From positions 1-31,803 of the IMG/VR virus record IMGVR_UViG_3300025870_000044: a stretch of 31,803 nt of DNA. One strand, written 5' to 3'. Position numbers and translations under genes: made by a program. The notes beneath the pieces are model-generated. The model searched no databases. It had not been told where the DNA came from and was given only the letters and a program-made list of their open reading frames with translations. Of the stretch, positions 24,587 through 31,803 are shown in pieces; position 1 is the stretch's first letter; each line of letters starts with the position of its first letter. This DNA is from a virus.

Positions 24587-25531
24587 ATGAGTTTTGATGT
24601 TTCGGCTTTGGCCGCATATACCGAACAAAATGCAATGGACTTAATCATTAAGTCTGTAGCTGGTGGTAGACTTTCAGAATATGCCAATATACAAGATGGC
24701 GTAAAGGGACCTACTACAATTAACATACTATCTAGTGATGTTGTTTTCCAAGCTGATGGATGTTCTAGAAGTGCAAGTGGTTCAACTACTTTGTCACAAA
24801 GAACTATTACACCTGGTGCTGTTGCAATACATGAGGATTTATGTATGACTGACCTAGCTGCTAAATATACAGCAGTTATGTTAAAAGCTGGTTTAACTGG
24901 TGAAAAAGAAGAGATTCCTTTTGAGGAGTTATACTTCGCTGAGAAGGTTGCTAAATTACAGAAAGCTATTGAAGTAGCTGACTGGCAAGGTGACACAACT
25001 TCTGGAAATGCTAACCTATCTAAGTATGATGGATTAAATAAAATTATTGCTGCTGCTACTGCTATTGATGGTAACCCAACGGCTATTACTCAGGTAACTG
25101 GTATCACTAACGCTAACGTAATTGGTATTCTAACTGGAATGGCTGAGTTAATGAGCGAGGATATAATGGACGCTGACGATTTAAAATTGTTTGTAGGAAT
25201 GGATACTTTCTTAAAATACCAAAAAGCTATCGCTGATGGAAACTATTTCCATTATGTTGTAGAAGGTGGATTCAGTTCTGAGCTTCCATTAATCGGTTTC
25301 CCTAATGTTACTGTATGTGCAACTCCTGGTCTTTCAGGTTTAGCTACTGGTAACTGTTACTTGATGAGAGCGTCTAATATTTATGTTGGTGTTGACTTAC
25401 CAGACGAAGAGTCTAACGATGTTAGAAGCTGGTACGATGACAATGACAGAATTTATAAAGTGACTATGGCTTTCAGAAGAGGTGTGAATGTTGCATTTCC
25501 TGACCAAGTTGTAGAATTTTTATTAGCCTAA
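24587..25531 (+). CDS. Major capsid protein, HK97 fold (314 aa, no delta domain).
   Basis: Size, position after the scaffold, HK97-like composition (ADWQGDT, DGLNKII, FVGMDTF, LMRASNIYVGVD), and a strong terminator immediately downstream. Confidence 0.7.
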   Translation: MSFDVSALAAYTEQNAMDLIIKSVAGGRLSEYANIQDGVKGPTTINILSSDVVFQADGCSRSASGSTTLSQRTITPGAVAIHEDLCMTDLAAKYTAVMLKAGLTGEKEEIPFEELYFAEKVAKLQKAIEVADWQGDTTSGNANLSKYDGLNKIIAAATAIDGNPTAITQVTGITNANVIGILTGMAELMSEDIMDADDLKLFVGMDTFLKYQKAIADGNYFHYVVEGGFSSELPLIGFPNVTVCATPGLSGLATGNCYLMRASNIYVGVDLPDEESNDVRSWYDDNDRIYKVTMAFRRGVNVAFPDQVVEFLLA

Positions 25532-25538
25532 ATTTAAT

Positions 25539-25561
25539 GGGGGTTTAATTACCCCCTTTTT
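25539..25561 (+). terminator. Intrinsic terminator after the capsid gene.
   Basis: GGGGGT (25539-25544), loop ttaatt, ACCCCC (25551-25556), then TTTTT. Confidence 0.7.
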
Positions 25562-25606
25562 AATAACTGTTAGCTGAAACGCTAACTAACTGAAAATCAA
25601 TTAATT

Positions 25607-26125
25607 ATGTCATGTGTATTAAGTAATGGACAAGCTAGGGATTGCTCAGATAGCTTAGGCGGAATAGTAGAAGTATTAATCTCAGAGAGAGACAATATTA
25701 CTGCTACTACTGTAGCTAACGGAGACATTTCTGCTATTACGCAATCAGGAGCAACTAATTTCTATAGATATGAGTTAAAGAAAGAGTCAGGTAGTTTGAC
25801 ATCTACAGCAACTGTAGACCAAGCTGGAGGGACTTCTTTTTATGACAATGTAGTAGCTTTCACTATTAACAAAATGAGTGCTGCTAAATCTAACGAAATT
25901 AAAATGCTTATGTTAGCTAGATTGTTCGTCATTGTAAAAGATAACAACGGTGTTTATTGGGCTTTAGGGAATGATAATTTTGCAGAAGGTTCGTCTTTAG
26001 TTGGACAAACTGGACAGGCTTATGGAGACCCTAACCAATACCAAATAGAAATTACTGACAAAAGTCAGTTCCCATGTTATGGGGTAGAGTCATCTGTGGT
26101 GGCTGGTTTAACAATTAGTGCTTAA
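25607..26125 (+). CDS. Abundant virion protein: major tail tube protein or capsid decoration (172 aa).
   Basis: A stand-alone gene bracketed by two intrinsic terminators right after the capsid gene. Beta-rich sequence with IVKDNNGVYWALG and GQTGQAYGDPNQYQIEI, reminiscent of siphovirus tube proteins. Confidence 0.35.
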   Translation: MSCVLSNGQARDCSDSLGGIVEVLISERDNITATTVANGDISAITQSGATNFYRYELKKESGSLTSTATVDQAGGTSFYDNVVAFTINKMSAAKSNEIKMLMLARLFVIVKDNNGVYWALGNDNFAEGSSLVGQTGQAYGDPNQYQIEITDKSQFPCYGVESSVVAGLTISA

Positions 26126-26144
26126 TTGTTCTTTGTTGTATGAA

Positions 26145-26175
26145 AGGGGGGTGGGTTAAACTGTCCCCTTTTTTT
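26145..26175 (+). terminator. Candidate intrinsic terminator.
   Basis: A G-run (26146-26151) can pair with CCCC (26165-26168) and is followed by T7 (26169-26175). The stem is short and imperfect. Confidence 0.5.
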
Positions 26176-26189
26176 AGTAAATTTGAAAT

Positions 26190-26339
26190 ATGTTAAAAAA
26201 AGAATACGTAGGAAAAACAGTTCACTTAAAACATTTTAGTGTTTTAGTATGTGAAGAAAATATCCCAACTCTAAAGAAATTAGACATTGATTGGGTTTTT
26301 GAAACAAAGAAAAAGAAGAAAAATGATAGTGATAAATAA
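26190..26339 (+). CDS. Micro-ORF: 49-aa hypothetical protein.
   Basis: Hand-translated: MLKKEYVGKTVHLKHFSVLVCEENIPTLKKLDIDWVFETKKKKKNDSDK. It is preceded by TAAATTTG (26178-26185), which matches the TAnnTTTG -7 box. Confidence 0.3.
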   Translation: MLKKEYVGKTVHLKHFSVLVCEENIPTLKKLDIDWVFETKKKKKNDSDK

Positions 26340-26724
26340 GAACACTACAACTAATTTTGTAGCAACCTTATTTGAACTTAGTCAACTGACAAACCCAGAT
26401 TATTTGTTTGAGTTTGAGAGTGACCAGACTAAGACTAAATATTATACTATCATAGCAGACATAAGCACTAATAAAAGTAGATATAACGAATTTAACTTTG
26501 TAGAGGGTACTAATAACCCAACAAGTGGAAGTCTGGACCTAGGGTCTCCAGGCTTTTATAAATACAAAGTTTATGAACAAAACAGCACAACAAACCTAGA
26601 CCCAACAGGACTAAACAAAGTAGAAGAGGGAAAAATGAAATTAATAGACTCAACTTATCAACCGTCATTTACTCAGCATTCAGTTTCACCAACTACAAAT
26701 GTAGTATATAACCCAGCACAATGA
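26323..26724 (+). CDS. Hypothetical virion-module protein (133 aa from the ATG at 26323; the ORF track starts it at TTG 26287).
   Basis: ORF with ATGA coupling to the portal gene. The ATG at 26323 is preferred over the upstream TTG. Confidence 0.45.
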   Translation: MIVINKNTTTNFVATLFELSQLTNPDYLFEFESDQTKTKYYTIIADISTNKSRYNEFNFVEGTNNPTSGSLDLGSPGFYKYKVYEQNSTTNLDPTGLNKVEEGKMKLIDSTYQPSFTQHSVSPTTNVVYNPAQ

Positions 26725-28706
26725 GCGTAAAACTAATCCCATTAAATTTTGGAGGGTATGAATTACCTGAGTTTAAAGAGTCTAAGAAGGGAGACTGGTA
26801 CGAATACGGAACAGACAGACCTTATAAAAACACTTACCCAGACTACTTAACTAAACTCTATAATGAGTCTAGTAAACATAACCAAATTATTAATAGTAAA
26901 GTTAAGTTTATTGTTGGTCAGGGTTTTGTTATAGATGAGAAATTAACATTCACAGAAAAGGCTTATGTTAATGGATTTATAAGACACCCTAATGAAGATG
27001 AAAACCTAGACGATTTAATTAGTAAACTAGCTAAAGATAAAAAGGTTTATGGAGGTTTTTGTCTACAGGTTAGAATGTCTAAAAACAATAAGATAGCAGC
27101 AGTTAACCACATAGATTTCGCAGATGTTAGAGCAGGTGTTGACAATGACTTGTATTATTATACAGACGATTGGTCCGCAAGAAACCCAAAAAATAATGAT
27201 GACTTTAAGGTACTACAGCAATTTCCTTACAATGAAGATGCTAGACCTGATGTTGATTATGTTATATATTACAAAGAATATAGACCAGACTTAGGTGCTT
27301 ATCCACTACCTGACTATGTTTCTGCTATACCTTATTTAGAGTCAGACGCTGAGATAGCTAATTTCACATTAAGTAATATTAAGAACAATCTATCTGCTGG
27401 CTATATAATCTCTTTTAAAAATGGTCAACCAAATGACGAGGAGATGGCTGAAATCGAAAGAAGGTTTAAGAATTACGCTACTGGTGCTGACAATGCTGGA
27501 AAGCCTTTGCTATCATTTACAGACCAAGCTAGTGACCATCCTGAGATTATGCCAATTCCAGTTAATGGACAGGATGAAAGGTTTATAAATTTAAATAACC
27601 AAATAAGAGAAGAAATATTTACAGCTCATGGAATTACTAGTCCTCAGCTTTTTGGTATTAAAGAAAATTCAGGATTAGGAAACAACGCAGATGAGATTGC
27701 AGTAGCTTCTCAACTATATCAGAATCTACAAATAGACCCAGAACAAAAAGTATTTAACGAGTTGATTAATTCTATTCTTAACTATAATGGTGTAAATGGT
27801 CAACCTGTAAGAATACAGAAAATAGAACCAGTACAAAGATACTTTAGTGAGACTGCTGTTTTAAGTGCTATGACACAAGATGAGTTAAGAGAAAAAATTG
27901 GTTTGCCTCCTAGTGATGTTGGTGGCAATAAAGTAGCTGAGGCTATTGGAATATTAAGTCCATTGGTAGCGACTAAGGTTCTAGACAACATGTCTATTGA
28001 AGAAATTAGACAGCTTATTGGGTTAAGTGGTAGCTTAACTAGAACTAGCGAAAGTCTTAAAAAAGAATTTACAGACGTAGAGGATGAAATACTATTTAAC
28101 CAACTAGAAGCAACTGGAATAGATATAGAAGAGATTGAGACAGTTCAATCTTTTGTTAAACCTATTACAAGTTTAGAAGATGCTAGACAATTTGAAACAG
28201 AACTTTTAAAGGACTATAAATTTGCTATTGACAGAGTATTGACTGGAGTTGAAAAAAGTATCTTAGACCTTCTTATTGATAATCCTAATATGCCTGTAAC
28301 TGAAATAGCTGAGGCTTTACAATTACAACAATCTGAGGTTAATGATTTAATATCTGAGTTACAGAATGCTGGTGCTTTAGATAATGATTTTAAACCTACT
28401 GAGGATGCTAAACAAAGTATTCAAAGACCAGAGGATGAAACATTTATAGTTTATAAGTATGCTGAAAGACCTGACGCTCCACCAGTACAGACACAGAGTA
28501 GACCTTTCTGTATAAGAATGATGGCTTTATCTAGAGTAAAAAGATATACTCTACAACAATTGGAATTATTAACTAATGACTTTGGACAGTCTGGAATAGA
28601 CATATTTACAAAGCGTGGAGGATGGTATAATAACCCAAACACTGGACAAACAACTCCTTATTGTAGACACATCTGGGAAATGCAAATAGTACGTAAAAAG
28701 AAATGA
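26721..28706 (+). CDS. Portal protein (661 aa) with C-terminal add-ons: an HTH-like segment and a Cys/His-motif domain.
   Basis: Size and N-terminal portal-like region (YPDYLTKLYNESSKHNQIINSKVKFIVGQGF). An HTH-like segment SILDLLIDNPNMPVTEIAEALQLQQSEVNDLISELQNAGAL. A C-terminal SRPFCIRMM...RGGWYNNPNTGQTTPYCRHIWE, reminiscent of the MuF / SPP1 gp7 Cys motif. Confidence 0.55.
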   Translation: MSVKLIPLNFGGYELPEFKESKKGDWYEYGTDRPYKNTYPDYLTKLYNESSKHNQIINSKVKFIVGQGFVIDEKLTFTEKAYVNGFIRHPNEDENLDDLISKLAKDKKVYGGFCLQVRMSKNNKIAAVNHIDFADVRAGVDNDLYYYTDDWSARNPKNNDDFKVLQQFPYNEDARPDVDYVIYYKEYRPDLGAYPLPDYVSAIPYLESDAEIANFTLSNIKNNLSAGYIISFKNGQPNDEEMAEIERRFKNYATGADNAGKPLLSFTDQASDHPEIMPIPVNGQDERFINLNNQIREEIFTAHGITSPQLFGIKENSGLGNNADEIAVASQLYQNLQIDPEQKVFNELINSILNYNGVNGQPVRIQKIEPVQRYFSETAVLSAMTQDELREKIGLPPSDVGGNKVAEAIGILSPLVATKVLDNMSIEEIRQLIGLSGSLTRTSESLKKEFTDVEDEILFNQLEATGIDIEEIETVQSFVKPITSLEDARQFETELLKDYKFAIDRVLTGVEKSILDLLIDNPNMPVTEIAEALQLQQSEVNDLISELQNAGALDNDFKPTEDAKQSIQRPEDETFIVYKYAERPDAPPVQTQSRPFCIRMMALSRVKRYTLQQLELLTNDFGQSGIDIFTKRGGWYNNPNTGQTTPYCRHIWEMQIVRKKK

Positions 28707-28861
28707 AGTTAAGTAGTTATCAAATATTAAAACAAAGAAAGTTAGCTGCTGAGGCTGAGGCTCAAATGATACAAGATGACTTGGAGGCTTTAGTGTTACA
28801 ACCATATAGCAGTAGAGCTAAAAACGTAAGAAACGAAATTAAAATTAAACACGATATATAA
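28703..28861 (+). CDS. Micro-ORF: 52-aa helical protein.
   Basis: Hand-translated: MKLSSYQILKQRKLAAEAEAQMIQDDLEALVLQPYSSRAKNVRNEIKIKHDI. ATGA overlap with the portal stop and TAATG overlap with the next gene. Confidence 0.35.
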   Translation: MKLSSYQILKQRKLAAEAEAQMIQDDLEALVLQPYSSRAKNVRNEIKIKHDI

Positions 28862-29409
28862 TGGCAGTTTTATTCATATCAGAGCAATACGTAAAGAACA
28901 CTACTCTCATTGACGAGAATGTAGATGTCAAATTAATTTTGCCAAGTATTAAAGACTGTCAGGAGTTAAGAATCCATCCAATTCTAGGGACTCCGTTCTA
29001 TGAAGATTTAAAAACTAAGATAACTGCTGGAACTTTAAACAGTGACGAAGTTAATTTATTGGACGTATATATTGCTCCAGCTATGGCTCAATGGACTACT
29101 TATGAGTGTAGTACATCAATGCTATTTAAGTATAGAAACAAATCTGTATCAACTAAGAACAGCGAGAACAGCAACCCTATAAGCTACCAAGACTTGCAAT
29201 ATCTTAGAGACGAATGGAAGAACAAAGCAGAAGAAAGAGAAGCTAGGTTAATAAACTACTTATGTGACAATGATAATCTATTCCCTAAGTATAAGGAAAA
29301 TAGTGACGATTTACATCCAAGAAAAACAGCTTATCAAACTAGTTTTTATTTAGGTGGTTCTAGTTCAAACTTTTGTTGGAGAGACGAATATAGAAATAGT
29401 AAAAAATGA
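28861..29409 (+). CDS. Putative head-tail connector / head-completion protein (182 aa).
   Basis: Position after the portal. The N-terminal pattern ISEQYVKNTTLIDENVDVKLILPSIKDCQELRIHPILGTPFYEDL resembles gp6-like connector proteins. Unverified. Confidence 0.35.
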   Translation: MAVLFISEQYVKNTTLIDENVDVKLILPSIKDCQELRIHPILGTPFYEDLKTKITAGTLNSDEVNLLDVYIAPAMAQWTTYECSTSMLFKYRNKSVSTKNSENSNPISYQDLQYLRDEWKNKAEEREARLINYLCDNDNLFPKYKENSDDLHPRKTAYQTSFYLGGSSSNFCWRDEYRNSKK

Positions 29410-29873
29410 TATTAACCTATAATCAAATATTAAAAGAGTTTAAGACTTTTGCTACTAACCATAAGCAAATAGAAAACTTTGGCAATGGTGACTTATGGGA
29501 AATAGTAGAACATAACCAACTAACAGACTTTAACTATCCTTTGTTTTGGGTAGCTGACCAGCCAGCTAATTTAGGTGATGGGACTTTTACTTGGAATTTT
29601 AATGTCATGGCTATGGACCTAGTAAACAAAGACGAGTCTAATGAGAATGATGTCAAGTCTGATATGTGTCAAGTGCTTTTAGATTGTGTTTCATACTTTG
29701 AACAAAAGACAGCAACTAGCAATAACGTAGATTGGTTAAAAGTTAACTTAGTTAGGTCAGGAACTTTGACTAGTTTTACAGAAAGATTTGAAGACGAATT
29801 AACAGGATGGGGAATGAATATAGGATTTAGACTTCCGTTTAGTTATAATAATTGTGATTTACCAATAGAATAA
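29406..29873 (+). CDS. Hypothetical virion-module protein (155 aa).
   Basis: ORF with ATGA coupling to the upstream gene. Confidence 0.4.
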   Translation: MILTYNQILKEFKTFATNHKQIENFGNGDLWEIVEHNQLTDFNYPLFWVADQPANLGDGTFTWNFNVMAMDLVNKDESNENDVKSDMCQVLLDCVSYFEQKTATSNNVDWLKVNLVRSGTLTSFTERFEDELTGWGMNIGFRLPFSYNNCDLPIE

Positions 29874-29875
29874 AG

Positions 29876-31803
29876 ATGGCTATATTTTACAATCCAAATA
29901 GAAAAAAAGGTTTATTTTACATCCCATCTGGTGCTACTGGAGGAGGTGCTATTTTAAGAATTGAATATAGTGCTGCTAGATTTTGCGAGGATGGAATAGA
30001 CCCAATTCCTGGCATAACTGGAGACACTGGAGGAACTTTTTCTAGTACTACTGGATTAGTATTTATTTCTACTTCTACTGGACAAGTAGACTTATCTGCT
30101 TCTACTCCTGGAAGTTATGTTGTGACTTATACTGCTCTAAGTTCTGACACTGCTACAACATCAATTTCTATAGATTCTATTCCTGTTGTTTCTGCTGGTG
30201 CTGATGTTGCTATTTGTACTGGAAACAGCACTGTCTTAACTGCTTCAGGTGCTACTACTTATTCTTGGTCAACTGGTGAAACTACTGCTAGTATAACTGT
30301 TGACCCTACAACAAACACTACTTACACAGTGACTGGATTTAATGGAGCATGTTCTGCTACAGACTCTGTAGACGTTACAGTTTATCCTTTGCCAAGTGTT
30401 AGTATTTCAGGAACTTTAACTTATTGTATTGGGTCTAACACAACTTTAGATGCTGGAGCTGGTTTTGCTTCTTATTCTTGGAGTAGTGGAGAAACTACAC
30501 AGACCATTAGTGCAACTGCTGGTAATTACACTGTAACAGTAACAGACAGCAATGGTTGTTCTAATACATCTGCACAAGTAACAGTTACAGAAACTCCATT
30601 AGATGTTGCAACAGTTGTTTATGATTCAAGTTCTTATTGTCAAGTGCCAACAGGTGCTTTAGATGTAGAGGGTTACTATCCACTATATTCTACTGAATCT
30701 GCTTCAAATGCAGTAAGTTCAGATGGTACTTCACACAGCCACACATTAGGCGGAACTACTTACTATATGCCAAACGCTGGAATAGTAGTTTATCATGGCA
30801 CTTATTCTCTAACTGCTACTCCTACTATCACAGGTGAAAGTGGAACATTTAATAGTCCAAGCGGATTGAGTATTGATGCTAATGGTGTTATTGATAAAAA
30901 TGCTTCTACTGCTGGAACATATAGCGTAGAATATACTACTACTGGAAGCTGTCCAATTACTATAACTAATTCAATAACTATAACCGCTTTAGATAATGCA
31001 ACATTTGCTTATGGTTTAAGTGCTTACTGTGATAATGTTTCAGACCCAACACCTACTAAAAGTGCTACAGGAACATTTAGTTCTTCTACTGGTTTAATTA
31101 TTAATACTTCAACTGGTGAAGTTGATTTAGATGCTTCTACTGCTGGTACTTATGTTATTGGTTTTGTAACAAATGGTAGCTGTCCAAATAGTTCTATTCA
31201 AACTTTAACTATTAATGCTGCTCCTACTGTAGCTATTAGTGGAACTCTTTCTTATTGTGCTGGTCCTGGTTCAAATACTACACTTACTGCTACTGCTGGA
31301 TTAAGTAGTTATTTATGGTCAAGTGGTGAAACTACTCAAAGCATAACCGCTACCGCTGGTAGTTATACTGTTACTGGAACAGACGCTAATGGTTGTTCAA
31401 ATACTTCATCAAGTGTAACAGTTACAGAAACACCTTTAGACAATGCTGGATTTAGTTACTCTGCAAGTAGTTACGAGCCAACAGATGCAGACCCAACACC
31501 TACTATCACAGGTTTAACTGGTGGAACGTTTAGCGGAACAACTGGTTTAGTAATTAACTCAACTACTGGAGAGATAGATTTAAGTGCATCAACTATTGCT
31601 ACTCATACTATTACTTATGATACTACTTCAAGCGGTTCAAGTGTTTGTCCAAATACATCAACTCAAACTGTAGAAATAGCTGTAGCTGGATTTCCTAATA
31701 ATTACAGTATGAATTTTGATTCTGCAAGCGGGGATTATATAAATGCTGGAAGCTCTTTAGATGTAACTGGCACAATAACTTTTTCAGCTTGGATAAATAT
31801 AGA
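29876..31803 (+). CDS. 5' part of the wrap-around tail fibre / adhesin gene (809 aa on the circular map). It holds alternating Ig-like repeat families; the LamG end is encoded at 1..629.
   Basis: Hand-translated from the ATG at 29876 with no stop to the window end. 29876 and 31709 (= base 33) share a frame. Repeats of type ISGTL(T/S)YC.G..TTL.A.AG..SY.WSSGETTQ.I.ATAG.YTVT.TD.NGCSNTS..VTVTETPLD alternate with type DPTPT..G.TGGTFS..TGL.IN..TGE.DL.AST.G.Y.I. Confidence 0.8.
   Translation, partial: MAIFYNPNRKKGLFYIPSGATGGGAILRIEYSAARFCEDGIDPIPGITGDTGGTFSSTTGLVFISTSTGQVDLSASTPGSYVVTYTALSSDTATTSISIDSIPVVSAGADVAICTGNSTVLTASGATTYSWSTGETTASITVDPTTNTTYTVTGFNGACSATDSVDVTVYPLPSVSISGTLTYCIGSNTTLDAGAGFASYSWSSGETTQTISATAGNYTVTVTDSNGCSNTSAQVTVTETPLDVATVVYDSSSYCQVPTGALDVEGYYPLYSTESASNAVSSDGTSHSHTLGGTTYYMPNAGIVVYHGTYSLTATPTITGESGTFNSPSGLSIDANGVIDKNASTAGTYSVEYTTTGSCPITITNSITITALDNATFAYGLSAYCDNVSDPTPTKSATGTFSSSTGLIINTSTGEVDLDASTAGTYVIGFVTNGSCPNSSIQTLTINAAPTVAISGTLSYCAGPGSNTTLTATAGLSSYLWSSGETTQSITATAGSYTVTGTDANGCSNTSSSVTVTETPLDNAGFSYSASSYEPTDADPTPTITGLTGGTFSGTTGLVINSTTGEIDLSASTIATHTITYDTTSSGSSVCPNTSTQTVEIAVAGFPNNYSMNFDSASGDYINAGSSLDVTGTITFSAWINI
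31677..31803. repeat. Terminal direct repeat, copy 2 (identical to 1-127).
   Basis: See copy 1. Confidence 0.95.

Noticed and set aside
26287-26322. The TTG start at 26287 given by the ORF track for the 145-aa ORF.
   Set aside because: The first 12 codons (MIGFLKQRKRRK) overlap the better-supported upstream micro-ORF and precede an in-frame ATG at 26323. The ATG start is preferred, although this is not proven.
401-28805. All twenty minus-strand ORFs in the supplied track (60-161 aa), for example 3107..3493, 12176..12508, 18042..18383, 21148..21534, 23597..24016 and 24511..24996.
   Set aside because: Each lies entirely antisense within a well-supported + strand gene. Their products are low-complexity (Ser/Phe/Leu/Ile-rich mirror images of Lys/Glu/Asn-rich sense codons). 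None has a recognisable motif or its own intergenic space. The rest of the genome is strictly unidirectional.
1-31803. A search for tRNA/tmRNA genes, an integrase/excisionase, a repressor-type lysogeny module and transposase-like mobile elements.
   Set aside because: No cloverleaf-compatible GC-rich segment was seen in the few intergenic regions. No tyrosine or serine recombinase motifs were seen in any ORF. The phage therefore appears virulent, or at least non-integrative, within the limits of by-eye inspection.

Overview
The window is a complete, gene-dense genome of a tailed dsDNA phage. Bases 1-127 are identical to 31677-31803, so the sequence closes on itself into a 31,676-bp unit. One large ORF (29876..end) runs in frame across that junction into 1..629. 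The DNA is visibly AT-rich, uses the standard code, and every credible gene is on the + strand. I saw no integrase or lysogeny module, tRNA, CRISPR array or reverse transcriptase. Modules in order: (i) two host-recognition fibre genes built from LamG/ConA-like lectin modules; the first also carries Cys-containing Ig-like repeats typical of Bacteroidota surface adhesins, which suggests a Flavobacteriia/Cytophagia-type host. (ii) A lysis cassette: membrane coiled-coil protein, Amidase_2/PGRP endolysin, 2-TM holin candidate. (iii) An Mre11/SbcD-like metallophosphoesterase. (iv) An early/replication-recombination block: RHH regulator, possible annealing protein, PD-(D/E)XK exonuclease, mini SSB-like protein ending in DDLPF, HTH protein, DUF1376-like protein, DnaB-C-type helicase, compact C5 cytosine methyltransferase, resolvase-like nuclease, ECF-like sigma factor, and many micro-ORFs. 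(v) terS and terL. (vi) A 710-bp gene-free island with at least seven short-repeat families. (vii) A morphogenesis block in non-canonical order: chaperone-like gene with a likely -1 frameshift, HK97 gp10-like protein, two large tail proteins, tape-measure-like protein, XkdF-like protease, scaffold, HK97-fold capsid protein, abundant 172-aa virion protein, and a portal fused to extra domains. The most unexplained structure is the repeat island at 14656-15365. All functional calls come from motifs read in the supplied translations; no database search was possible.
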